Source: a virus
DNA length: 64,000 nt
IMG/VR virus record: IMGVR_UViG_3300032050_000010
Reading direction: 5' to 3' (one strand)
A program made the position numbers and the translations under genes. Below, piece by piece: positions 1 to 9,160 of this stretch; within the stretch, counting starts at the first letter, position 1; each line of letters starts with the position of its first letter. The notes below the pieces were generated by a model. The model was not told where the DNA came from, did not search any database, and was given only the letters and a program-made list of their open reading frames with translations.

Positions 1-4
1 CCTC

Positions 5-661
5 GTGGGTGGCATCGACACGCAGACTGTAACGCATCTCATCCGTCACCGTGCAGGTTCCTTCGCAGCGCAGTGCACCGGTGACCGTTGGCTTTCACAC
101 GAGCGCAGCCTTGTTCCTGGTTCCATCCAGAACAGCCCGGAGTTCTACGCTCGCTGGCAGGCACACGTCCAGGAGGCAAAGCAGCTCTACACGGACATGG
201 TCGACTCCAAGCAGATCAGTCTGATGGATGCTCGTCACGTCCTTCCTAAGTGCCTCGAGACGTTCTACTACATGCGTATGAACATCCGCGACGCATTTGG
301 TTTCATCAAGCAACGCCAGGACAAGCAGATCCAGCCTGAGGAGGACAACATGCTTGCAGCGCTCATGGCACGCGAGATCCTTCGCGTCTTCCCTGAGGCA
401 CACGTGGCAATCAACCTCCGTGAGCCTGCCTGGCACTACATCAAGACGTTCCGGAATGGCACTGGTACGAACCTCTACTGGCCCGATGAGGACAGCGAGA
501 AGCACCTCACCTACCACCCAGACGACACGATCTATCAGGCAACACGTGACGACATGAACGGCACAGGTGGTGGTGTCCCTCACTTCCGGAAGCTCTGGAA
601 CGAGACACTTGCTGAGATTGACACGATCGTCACCAACTACAAGAACACACGGGGCATTTAA
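5..661 (+). CDS. thyX: FAD-dependent thymidylate synthase (ThyX)-like protein, 5'-truncated by window edge
   Basis: THLIRHRAGSFAAQCTGDR resembles the ThyX RHRx7S motif (Cys in place of Ser); DARHVLP and MNIR..F...R match the ThyX C-terminal motifs. Confidence 0.75.
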   Translation: MGGIDTQTVTHLIRHRAGSFAAQCTGDRWLSHERSLVPGSIQNSPEFYARWQAHVQEAKQLYTDMVDSKQISLMDARHVLPKCLETFYYMRMNIRDAFGFIKQRQDKQIQPEEDNMLAALMAREILRVFPEAHVAINLREPAWHYIKTFRNGTGTNLYWPDEDSEKHLTYHPDDTIYQATRDDMNGTGGGVPHFRKLWNETLAEIDTIVTNYKNTRGI

Positions 662-704
662 TACTTAGTTGGGCACTTTATATTAAAGAGAAGAGCCCAA
701 CTGA

Positions 705-1790
705 ATGTCTGCAGTTAGAGTAGTAGATGAACACCTCCTGTCTCCGGTACTTGTGTATTCGGGGTCAGGAGGTGTTTTTGAGAACGAGCTTCAGCTTGAT
801 ACCCAGGGTGGTATCTTAAGAGAGCAGATCGGCAGCCTGCTCGTCGTCAAGAACGACTTCGGCGTGGTTGCTGCCTTGACAGGATCGGTCTTTTCCGGTC
901 CTGTCTCTTTTTTGTCTGGTGCAACAGGGTCGATACAAGCGCTACCCGATGGATCGCCCTTCATCAGGGGTACAAGCGGGATCAATGTCACGTCTGGGTC
1001 AGACGGTAGCATCACGATCTCAACGTCCGGATCCTTTCTAACACTTGACACGCTGACATCAGCGTCATCTGTTACGTTCAGGGGTGACGTGTACATTGAG
1101 GGAACTCTTTACGGCGGGTCACCGCTTGATGTCGCAAGTGATATAAATGCGCTAGGAGCTGTGACATCACTAGGTGGATTGACTGGGTCGCTAACACAGT
1201 TAGCAGACGGTTCACCCTACCTCGTCGCAGGCGCAGGCATCTCGATCGTCACTGGGTCGCAGGGTCAAGTTACAATCTCTGCAACGGGCACAGGAGGAAG
1301 TGACAGATCACAGAGCACTTCCCTAATCACAGAGCTTGTCCTCAATGAAGCTCCTGTCGGTGCAATCGACGGAACAAATGCAACTTTCACGCTAGCTCAC
1401 GCACCAACTTCTGCGTCATCTGTCATGCTGTGGCTGAACGGCCAGTTGCTCATGCAGGGTGCAGGTAATGACTTCACTGTCACATCGCAGACGCTGACAA
1501 TGAGCTTCCCGCCTCAATTGGGTGACATCCTGCTGACGATGTACACAAAGTCATCACAGGCGAAGCTCTTCGCGATGAACGAAGCTGCTACAAAGGTGGT
1601 CACTGCGGGCGTCATCGGGTTTGAGCTGGCTAACGCTCCGTCACCGTCAACCTCCCTAATGCTCTTCTTGAACGGTCAATTGCTCACGCAGGGCAGTGAC
1701 TACACACTGTCGACAAGAAGTGTGACAGTCACAAACGGCTTCATTCAAGACAGCGACGTGGTTCTTGCGACCTACTCTTATTTGAGCTGA
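705..1790 (+). CDS. Virion structural / tail fibre-like protein
   Basis: Gly/Ser/Thr-rich; duplicated TGS..L.DGSP...G.GI..T.GS.G..TIS unit; two C-terminal LANAP..S.MLFLNGQLL.QG.DYT repeats. Confidence 0.6.
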   Translation: MSAVRVVDEHLLSPVLVYSGSGGVFENELQLDTQGGILREQIGSLLVVKNDFGVVAALTGSVFSGPVSFLSGATGSIQALPDGSPFIRGTSGINVTSGSDGSITISTSGSFLTLDTLTSASSVTFRGDVYIEGTLYGGSPLDVASDINALGAVTSLGGLTGSLTQLADGSPYLVAGAGISIVTGSQGQVTISATGTGGSDRSQSTSLITELVLNEAPVGAIDGTNATFTLAHAPTSASSVMLWLNGQLLMQGAGNDFTVTSQTLTMSFPPQLGDILLTMYTKSSQAKLFAMNEAATKVVTAGVIGFELANAPSPSTSLMLFLNGQLLTQGSDYTLSTRSVTVTNGFIQDSDVVLATYSYLS

Positions 1791-1847
1791 ATACTTGACA
1801 AGAGCTAAGCTTCGTGATATTTAGCTTTGTAGTTTACGAGGCAGGAA

Positions 1848-2066
1848 GTGACGTACACAACATCAGAGCTGGCACTAGCTGCGTATCTAAAGATGCGTGG
1901 CGTGAGGTTGATCAGCGCAGGCAAGGCACCCACAGGGAAATTTGAGTTCGTGTTCGACGATAAGACAGGGGTATGCTCAGGGCACTTCGTTGACTTCCTC
2001 AACGGTGAGTTCAGCACATACGATTCGAACCTCAAGTCGTTGAAGAAAATGATCTACTCAAAGTGA
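1848..2066 (+). CDS. Small hypothetical protein (DUF5659-like)
   Basis: YTTSELALAAYLK..G..L....FEFVF pattern. Confidence 0.5.
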   Translation: MTYTTSELALAAYLKMRGVRLISAGKAPTGKFEFVFDDKTGVCSGHFVDFLNGEFSTYDSNLKSLKKMIYSK

Positions 2067-2238
2067 TTTTTTATTGAATGTTTTAGAATGTCAAGCATAT
2101 ATAGAGACAGGCGCGTAACGCAGTTTTTGGTGATCAGAATAATCACCAGTTCAGTTTAAACAGTTAGCTGTTAGAGTTTGATCCCGTAAGTGGTGTTCAC
2201 GTGCGGGATTTTTTCTTGAAGATAAAGGATAAAACATC

Positions 2239-3900
2239 ATGGCAATCAAGACATACAGCGGCGCCGCAGGCGTCGAAGCCGGTCGTCCATCAACAAAGAT
2301 CCGCGCTGAGCAGGTCCATTCAGAAGACAGCTTTACCTCACTCGCCGTCGACCTCGAGGCACTCCGTGGCCAGGTCAAGGACATCATCGGCGCAGCTGAC
2401 TACAAGGAAGAGATCACAGGCGAGTACGCCAAGGTCCAGATCGTGGACCTCGCCGCTCACCTCGATGCATCAGGCGCATCCTCACTCAGCGTGAAGCAGG
2501 CCGCAAACGTTGTCGGTGCTTTCTCAGTCAACACTGACAAGTTCAGCGTTGCTGCAGCAACAGGTAACACTCTTGTCGCAGGCACTCTCGGCGTCACCGG
2601 CAAGGCTGACTTCGCAGGCATCGTCGACGTCGCAACCACACTCTCAGCATCTGAGATCAAGATCGACGGTGACGTGGCACAGCGTCTTTACCTCGTCGGC
2701 GCTAGCGGCCAGATCGAGGACGAAGCCAAGCTCGTCTTCGACGGATCAGAGCTCGCAGTAACTGGTGACTTTGCAGCAGTCAGCGGCTCCTTCAGCGGCG
2801 ACGTCGCAATGGGCGACCTCGGTGCAGTGAACGGTGCCTTCTCTGGCAACCTCACTGTCACGGGCGACCTCACCATCAACGGCACAACGACCACAATCAA
2901 CTCGACAGTCGTGTCGATCGATGACAAGTCATTCGTGCTCGCACAGGGCGCAGCCGGTGTTGCTCTCGATGGCGCAGGTATCTACGTCTCTAGCGACTCT
3001 GCACCCGATGCAGCAATTGCATGGAGCAACACCAACAGCAAGTGGACAGCATCCACTAAGCTTGCTTCACCCGCAATGCAGGTCACAGGCCTCAGCTCAG
3101 CACCCCTTGCCGTTGACGGCTCTGGCAATCTCGCCGAGATGGATTTCAGCTCCTGGCTCCTGGGCACAGCTAACCAGGTGTCTGTTACTCCGAGCGGAAC
3201 AGACAACCACGGTGTGACACTCAGCCTCCCCCAGAGCATCCACACCGATGCAGACGTCGAGTTCGATAGCCTCAAGCTCGGCGACAACGTTGCTGACGCA
3301 GGCAAGGCTCTCAAGATCGGCGCCGCAGGAGAGGTGATCGCTGCAGCTTGGAACGAGTTCGTTGCAATCGAGTCCAACGTCGGTCTCGAGCTCGTCCAGA
3401 ACGGCTTCAAGGCAGAGATCGGTCTTGCTCAGGACATCCGCTCTTCCGCAACGATTCGGTTCGCTCGCGTTGAGCTCGACGGCGCCGACAACTACGTCGA
3501 CTCCAGCGCAGACGGCCTCGTCCTCCGCGCCACCGCCGCAGGCGACTCCATCGTCTTCGAGTACGACGCAGGCAAGACCATCTCGCTCGGCACAGCCGCT
3601 CTCTCCGGCTTCACAGCCACAGACATCATGGGCGCTCTCAACGAGCTCAAGGCAGCAGCCTCAGCAGCTTCTAAGAAGGCCGTCTACACTGTCGCAGGCT
3701 CAGCCGTTGCATCAGGCACAGACATCAAGGCATCACTCAGCACCGACTTCCTCGCCGAGCTCACCGGACAGAACTCACTCGTGTTCGTCAACGGTATGCT
3801 CATGCTGGCTGGCGGCGCTGACTACACGCTCGCCGGTGGCGCGCTCTCGTTTACCTTCGCCCTCCAGGTTGGTGACGTGGTCGTCGTCCAGAAGGCCTGA
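2239..3900 (+). CDS. Tail fibre / virion structural protein
   Basis: GNLTVTGDLTINGTTTTINST..IDDK motif typical of phage fibre proteins; strong codon bias; SD AAGGA; followed by a terminator. Confidence 0.7.
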   Translation: MAIKTYSGAAGVEAGRPSTKIRAEQVHSEDSFTSLAVDLEALRGQVKDIIGAADYKEEITGEYAKVQIVDLAAHLDASGASSLSVKQAANVVGAFSVNTDKFSVAAATGNTLVAGTLGVTGKADFAGIVDVATTLSASEIKIDGDVAQRLYLVGASGQIEDEAKLVFDGSELAVTGDFAAVSGSFSGDVAMGDLGAVNGAFSGNLTVTGDLTINGTTTTINSTVVSIDDKSFVLAQGAAGVALDGAGIYVSSDSAPDAAIAWSNTNSKWTASTKLASPAMQVTGLSSAPLAVDGSGNLAEMDFSSWLLGTANQVSVTPSGTDNHGVTLSLPQSIHTDADVEFDSLKLGDNVADAGKALKIGAAGEVIAAAWNEFVAIESNVGLELVQNGFKAEIGLAQDIRSSATIRFARVELDGADNYVDSSADGLVLRATAAGDSIVFEYDAGKTISLGTAALSGFTATDIMGALNELKAAASAASKKAVYTVAGSAVASGTDIKASLSTDFLAELTGQNSLVFVNGMLMLAGGADYTLAGGALSFTFALQVGDVVVVQKA

Positions 3901-3938
3901 TAGAGCAAACGCTTCGGCAGATCTAATCTGCTAAAGCT

Positions 3939-3968
3939 GGGGCGGGATCTCTTGATCCCGCCCCTTTT
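3939..3968 (+). terminator. Rho-independent terminator
   Basis: GGGGCGGGATC-TCTT-GATCCCGCCCC (11-bp stem) followed by TTTT. Confidence 0.9.
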
Positions 3969-4028
3969 GCATTATTACTGCATGGCACCGCTATTTAACT
4001 CAATCTTGCACAAGAATATACTTCAACT

Positions 4029-4517
4029 ATGTCTGATGAGATAATCAAGAATATCTTTAGAACTGCTTCTGCAGATGTTCAAAATCGAATTGTTAGTTTA
4101 GGAAATGATGCAAAAGAGAAGTTGGCTGGGCTTGTTGCACGTGATAAGCACTACGGCGAATTTACTCAATTTCTTAGAACGTCACTGGCAGACATCATAG
4201 CAAGAGGACGCCAGCAAGAGACAGTCAGCAGGGAGTTCTATGAAAAAGAGATGTCTGATCTCATGTTGAAGGTCAACAAGATCATTACTGAGATCAAGGA
4301 AGAGGCACTGAAGCAGCAGGGCGCTTCATATGCATATGAGATCGCTGCTGACCAGTTTCAAAGCTTACCTGCCACACTTGACGTCGAGCTCTCCAAAGCA
4401 AGAGATCTGCAGACACGCGCCGCTGCAGGTGAGCTAGGAAAGCGTAGAAAGCCCGGTGAAAGGCCCGACAAGCTGAAGGACATCCGCAACTACGTCGAGA
4501 AGCCCGAGGATAAGTAA
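4029..4517 (+). CDS. Hypothetical coiled-coil protein
   Basis: Long ORF; TATACT 6 nt upstream of ATG. Confidence 0.6.
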   Translation: MSDEIIKNIFRTASADVQNRIVSLGNDAKEKLAGLVARDKHYGEFTQFLRTSLADIIARGRQQETVSREFYEKEMSDLMLKVNKIITEIKEEALKQQGASYAYEIAADQFQSLPATLDVELSKARDLQTRAAAGELGKRRKPGERPDKLKDIRNYVEKPEDK

Positions 4518-4522
4518 GCTGC

Positions 4523-5008
4523 ATGCCCCTCACAGTCGTCAAGTCAGCAAACTTTGGTAAGACACGCGGCGGATTAGCAACTGTCGGTTACACTCTGTAC
4601 AACGCAGCAGGCGCGGAAGTTGCAGCTCGCAGCACGGTGGGTGTCCACGAGGTGGGAACGGGCACAGGGATCTACGCCGCGTCAGTCACATTTCCAGACA
4701 GTTTTGCAGGTTCCGTGCTCTGGGACACAGGCCAGGGTGGAGACACAGTTTACGCATCTGAGGATCAGAACTTTGCTGACTCAGCTGCCTCCTTGACCAC
4801 CGACCTCACGTCGATCAAAACATCGATCGATGCAGATCTCACGTTCGTCAAGGATATGATCGGCGGGCGCTGGAAGATCGATCACGAGAACTTTCAGATG
4901 ATCTTCTACAAGCACGACAACTCGACTGAGGTCGCGCGGTTTGACCTCCGCGACAAGAACGACGATCCTAGCTACTTGTCCGTGTTCCATCGTAATAGAG
5001 TGACTTGA
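4523..5008 (+). CDS. Hypothetical, probably virion protein
   Basis: ORF in operon; beta-rich N-terminus. Confidence 0.55.
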   Translation: MPLTVVKSANFGKTRGGLATVGYTLYNAAGAEVAARSTVGVHEVGTGTGIYAASVTFPDSFAGSVLWDTGQGGDTVYASEDQNFADSAASLTTDLTSIKTSIDADLTFVKDMIGGRWKIDHENFQMIFYKHDNSTEVARFDLRDKNDDPSYLSVFHRNRVT

Positions 5009-5009
5009 T

Positions 5010-5387
5010 ATGTCACAGATGGTTCCGCTTGGTAACCCACTCATCGTGACAATGGGCATGGGTCAAGAAGGCCTGCTGGAGCCTGCGATGGCTGCGGCTG
5101 GAACTATTGAGTACTTTATCATCGTCGATGCTGTCAAGAAGGCACTGCGTGGTGATGGTGCTGAACCTCTTCTCGATGACGACATCAACGTCTACAAGAT
5201 CATCGCACTGCTTACAGAAGTCAATCGTCAGCCGCTTGCTAATCCCTTGTATAACAAGATGACACGCTTGATCATCGAGAAGAAGGTGCAGATCGACGCC
5301 GAGCTTGTCGAGCAGAAAGCACGAAAGAGCGAACCGTACAGGATAGTTATAGGGGAGCACCGCATCATAAGAGAGACAGATGAGTGA
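5010..5387 (+). CDS. Hypothetical protein
   Basis: Tightly packed ORF. Confidence 0.55.
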   Translation: MSQMVPLGNPLIVTMGMGQEGLLEPAMAAAGTIEYFIIVDAVKKALRGDGAEPLLDDDINVYKIIALLTEVNRQPLANPLYNKMTRLIIEKKVQIDAELVEQKARKSEPYRIVIGEHRIIRETDE

Positions 5388-5904
5388 TATAGCACTTTAC
5401 CTCGACCAGGACAATGAACTCCGCTTTAACGTGGCGATAGAGGGATCAAAGCCCGGCGCGCCCAAGTACCGCCTTGTTTTTGAGGGTAAGAACTTTTCTT
5501 ACACCTTCAGTGGCCAGCAGACGGCGCCTGGCGAGGTGTCCTTCACGATCCCGACCATGAAGAACCTCATCAAGGAGGGCGCTTACCACGCTGACCTCGA
5601 GGTAATGATCGATGACCGCTACTTTACACCCTTGTCGTTCGACGCGACGTTTGAGGAATCAGTTAAAGTTAGAGCTGAGGCAGTGACCCGAACCGTGCAG
5701 AAGAAGCCGGCCGTCACAGCTTCTATCGTCACAGCACGTGCTCCTGAGACAGCACGCCCCGTGCTTGAGTCAGCAACCCGCCCCGCCGCACCACGCCCAC
5801 AGCAGAAGGTCGCAGCTCGGGAGGATGACTTCATCGCCGAGGTTGATGGTCGCAAGATCACGGCTGATGACCTTCGTAGCTTGCTTAGATCCACCAGGAG
5901 GTAA
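5380..5904 (+). CDS. Hypothetical protein (Ig-like N-terminus, possibly virion)
   Basis: Overlapping ORF; C-terminal ITADDLRSLLR motif. Confidence 0.55.
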   Translation: MSDIALYLDQDNELRFNVAIEGSKPGAPKYRLVFEGKNFSYTFSGQQTAPGEVSFTIPTMKNLIKEGAYHADLEVMIDDRYFTPLSFDATFEESVKVRAEAVTRTVQKKPAVTASIVTARAPETARPVLESATRPAAPRPQQKVAAREDDFIAEVDGRKITADDLRSLLRSTRR

Positions 5905-5906
5905 AG

Positions 5907-6152
5907 ATGTTATCAGCATTATTCGCAGTCGTCGGTAGTTACGTTGCCGTCGCCGGTGTGCTCGTCGCCAAGCGTGCATTGAAGATCACTGATCTGCACG
6001 AAGAGTACACGTTCATCCGCTCACGTGAGCAGAAGTCACACATCAGAGCCTATGCGATTGTATTGAAGGGCGGCTTCAAGAGCGATCTGCTCTGGATCAA
6101 ACACCTTCCTAGCAAGGTCAAGACAGCACTCGCCTGGTTGAAGCCAGAGTAG
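5907..6152 (+). CDS. Small membrane protein
   Basis: N-terminal hydrophobic helix; SD AGGAGG. Confidence 0.55.
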   Translation: MLSALFAVVGSYVAVAGVLVAKRALKITDLHEEYTFIRSREQKSHIRAYAIVLKGGFKSDLLWIKHLPSKVKTALAWLKPE

Positions 6153-6156
6153 TTCC

Positions 6157-6858
6157 ATGAGCCGCGAGCTTCAGCGCGCGACGCTCTTCTTTAAGTACAT
6201 TAGAGAAGAGCACGCTCACCACATCGAGATGCTTGAGCGCGGAAAGCAGCAGCTACTTGAAGCCCTGAAGTACGTGAAGGTTGATCCAAATGCTCAGCCT
6301 CGCCAGCAAAATCAGCAACAGAGCACACCACCCCAGCAGCAGCCTGCTGAGCCAGAGAAACCTCCTGTGCCCGACGATGTTGCTGCAGACGTCAAGAAGC
6401 TCTACAAGAAGATCGTCCAGGAGACACATCCCGACAAGTTGGCACAGTCAGATCACGGTCAAAAAGAGCGCGAGAAGCGCGTCAAGCTGTACATGGACGC
6501 CGTCAAGGCATTTCAAGCATCAGACAGGGACAACCTTGTGGAGATCGCGCTTGACCTCGAACTTGACACAGGCCTCGAGGTTGAGAAGATCGTTGCATCC
6601 CTTCTGACACGCAGCAAGGCACTCGAGCTCCAGATCCAACAGGTCAAGGGTTCAGTCGAGTGGCTGTGGATGCACTCTGACGAAGCAAAACGCGTCGAGG
6701 TGATCAAGGAACTGTGCAGGCGAAATGGCTGGCTCTACGTCACAGATGAGCAGATCGTTGAGAGTGTCAGATACGCGTCCGGGATGCATCCAGGCACTAG
6801 AGAAGATGTCCGAGCAAGAGCACGCAAGATGATGCAGGAACGGCGCAGGATTACTTGA
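6157..6858 (+). CDS. J-domain (DnaJ-like) protein
   Basis: VKKLYKKIVQETHPDK = J-domain helix II plus HPD motif. Confidence 0.7.
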   Translation: MSRELQRATLFFKYIREEHAHHIEMLERGKQQLLEALKYVKVDPNAQPRQQNQQQSTPPQQQPAEPEKPPVPDDVAADVKKLYKKIVQETHPDKLAQSDHGQKEREKRVKLYMDAVKAFQASDRDNLVEIALDLELDTGLEVEKIVASLLTRSKALELQIQQVKGSVEWLWMHSDEAKRVEVIKELCRRNGWLYVTDEQIVESVRYASGMHPGTREDVRARARKMMQERRRIT

Positions 6859-6900
6859 ACACCGCACCGGGCGCATGTAGTATTGCTTAGAGGCAATAAC

Positions 6901-7344
6901 ATGAACAACGTCTATATCGCAAGTGGTTGGTTTTCTCCAGAGTGGCTCCAGGAAGTTGAGGACATTAAGACTGTCCTCGAGGATCTCAAACTCGATTACT
7001 TCTCTCCCAAGGATTATGCGATCGCTGAGGCAACTGCAAGCAACGACACGCAGAAGCAGATCTTTGATGGCAACGTCAAACACCTTGACATCTGTGATTG
7101 GATGATCTGCAACACCCGCAACAAGGACATGGGTTCAATCTGGGAGGCAGGCTATTTCTACGCTCGCAACAAGCCCATCGTCTACTTCTGCGCTGGCCTT
7201 CCACCCGGTGCCAAGTTCAATCTCATGCTGTCAGCAAGCGGCGTCGCTGTCTGCACTTCTCTCGATGATCTCCGTGAGTACCTGACACACTGCAAGCGTG
7301 AAGGTAAGCTGATCACTCGCAACTACAGCGGTTTGATCGAGTAA
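6901..7344 (+). CDS. Nucleoside 2-deoxyribosyltransferase / nucleotide N-glycosidase family
   Basis: VYIASGWF, FSP, IFDGNV..LD..D, DMGSIWEAGY, KPIV and NLML motifs. Confidence 0.8.
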   Translation: MNNVYIASGWFSPEWLQEVEDIKTVLEDLKLDYFSPKDYAIAEATASNDTQKQIFDGNVKHLDICDWMICNTRNKDMGSIWEAGYFYARNKPIVYFCAGLPPGAKFNLMLSASGVAVCTSLDDLREYLTHCKREGKLITRNYSGLIE

Positions 7345-7392
7345 TGAGGATATTGTGCGCTCCTGGTGGATAGTTATCTGCTAGGAGCGCAC

Positions 7393-8112
7393 ATGCGTAT
7401 GAATAGATTAGCCCTGCGTAAGATGATCCTCAGAGAGATGCATGATCACATGCAAGATGAGGATATGCCAGAGATTGAAGCTGAGGTCATCGACGATGAG
7501 GAAGATGAAGAGCACGAAGACGAAGATGTTCCAGAGGAAGATTACGACACCGACGTAGATGAAGAGGGCAACTTCGACTACGAGGATTCGAACGTCTACG
7601 AAGAAACTGGGATGATCAAGTCAAACCTCTACATGCTGTCCAAGAAGGCACATGAGCTCCATGACGAGATCGGAGATCGTGATGATCTTCCTGAGTGGGT
7701 GCAGGAGAAGATTGCAGTCGCATCCTACATGATGGACACAGTTCACGACTACCTCATGTACGAGATGGTCAAGGATGACCTCCACGAGAAGAAGGATGGG
7801 CACACCAAGAGCCGCAAGTACAAGGGCAAGGAGTACCGCGCGACACCTGCGATGGTAAGTGCAGTCAAGAAGGGTGCATCCTACAACCAGCTCGCAAAGC
7901 TCGCCAAGTGGGCTGATGAACCCGCTGCAGTCGTTCAGGCAGCAAAGATCGTGGCAAAGGGCAAGCCAATGTCCCGCGACGACGAGGAAGATGACCTCGA
8001 CGAGAACGACAGCTGGGAACCACTGCGTCAGTCAACCGGTATCATGTTCTTCGAGGACGAAGAGGGCACCGACTACCCAGCTCCCAAAGCGAAGGGTAAG
8101 AAGCGCGGTTGA
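7393..8112 (+). CDS. Acidic hypothetical, putative head-internal protein
   Basis: LRKMILREM N-terminal motif; LPEWVQEKIAVA domain seen in large-phage proteins. Confidence 0.55.
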   Translation: MRMNRLALRKMILREMHDHMQDEDMPEIEAEVIDDEEDEEHEDEDVPEEDYDTDVDEEGNFDYEDSNVYEETGMIKSNLYMLSKKAHELHDEIGDRDDLPEWVQEKIAVASYMMDTVHDYLMYEMVKDDLHEKKDGHTKSRKYKGKEYRATPAMVSAVKKGASYNQLAKLAKWADEPAAVVQAAKIVAKGKPMSRDDEEDDLDENDSWEPLRQSTGIMFFEDEEGTDYPAPKAKGKKRG

Positions 8113-8138
8113 GGTAGTTAGATAACCAGCGGTCGCTG

Positions 8139-8167
8139 GTGTAAATAGAGGCCTCGGTGATTATAAT
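8139..8167 (+). promoter_or_regulatory. Putative promoter GTGTAA-N17-TATAAT (leaderless)
   Basis: ATG follows the -10 box by 6 nt. Confidence 0.6.
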
Positions 8168-8173
8168 GAGTTC

Positions 8174-9154
8174 ATGAAGATACTCATTACTGGTCACCGA
8201 GGTTTCATTGCATCTAACCTTCCACCTGCATTCGCTGATCTCGATCACGAAGTTGTCGATCCCAGCCAGCTCAGGCTGACACACAAGCTGCCGACAGGTG
8301 AGCACTGCGTCTATCGTAACAGTGAGGATGACTGGGCGCGCGAGATCAAGCGGCTCGGCGTCGATGTAGTTGTCCACAATGCAGCAGCAGTGGGCACCGA
8401 TGTCGTCGCGCTCAATCCTAGCGATGCGACGCTGTCCAACGTGACAGGAACCTACAACATCTGCCGCGCTGCTGAGAAAGCACGCGCAGCCGTCCTCTAC
8501 CTCGGAACGACAGTCATCTATAACACAGATCTGTATCAGGGCTCCTGGATCGCTGAGCGCTCCTCGCACGGCCCACAGACGCTCTACGGATCTCTGAAGC
8601 TGGCAGGTGAGTACATCGTCCGTGCACACAGCACGAAGTGGTCGATCGTCCGGCCCCTCTTCTGCTACGGCGGCGTGGGTGACAACAACTCACTGATCGC
8701 GAAGGGGTTCTTCGGCGCTGCACACGGCAAGGAGAAGATCGACATGTTCCTCGATCCCAAGAAGATCAAGGATTACATGCGCGTCGAGGATTTCTGCGAT
8801 GCGGTGGCAACTGTGGTCGATAAGGAGCTCTGGAACGATGACTGGAACGTCGCTGCGGAGACGCCTGAGAACACAGGCAGGATCGTCGAGATGATGAGTG
8901 AGATCTCGTGCAAGGATCTAAAGGGTGTGGTAAAATGGCACCCAGGAACCGACTACTTGGGTAACCATCGACTAAGCTCACAGAAGTTCAGGGATGCTTC
9001 TGGTTGGACACCAAAGTTCGACCTATATGGTGGCTTGGAAAAGTCGTGGAATGACATCCAGCGTAATCTGGGTTCCACGGATTATAATCCTCTGCGATAT
9101 CTGGAAGATGCCAAGAAGCGCGGCATCGACCTCACACAATTCTTCAACCGGTGA
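8174..9154 (+). CDS. NAD-dependent epimerase/dehydratase (extended SDR)
   Basis: ILITGHRGFIAS, HNAA, YGSLK (YxxxK), RPLFCYG. Confidence 0.85.
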   Translation: MKILITGHRGFIASNLPPAFADLDHEVVDPSQLRLTHKLPTGEHCVYRNSEDDWAREIKRLGVDVVVHNAAAVGTDVVALNPSDATLSNVTGTYNICRAAEKARAAVLYLGTTVIYNTDLYQGSWIAERSSHGPQTLYGSLKLAGEYIVRAHSTKWSIVRPLFCYGGVGDNNSLIAKGFFGAAHGKEKIDMFLDPKKIKDYMRVEDFCDAVATVVDKELWNDDWNVAAETPENTGRIVEMMSEISCKDLKGVVKWHPGTDYLGNHRLSSQKFRDASGWTPKFDLYGGLEKSWNDIQRNLGSTDYNPLRYLEDAKKRGIDLTQFFNR

Positions 9155-9160
9155 AATAAC

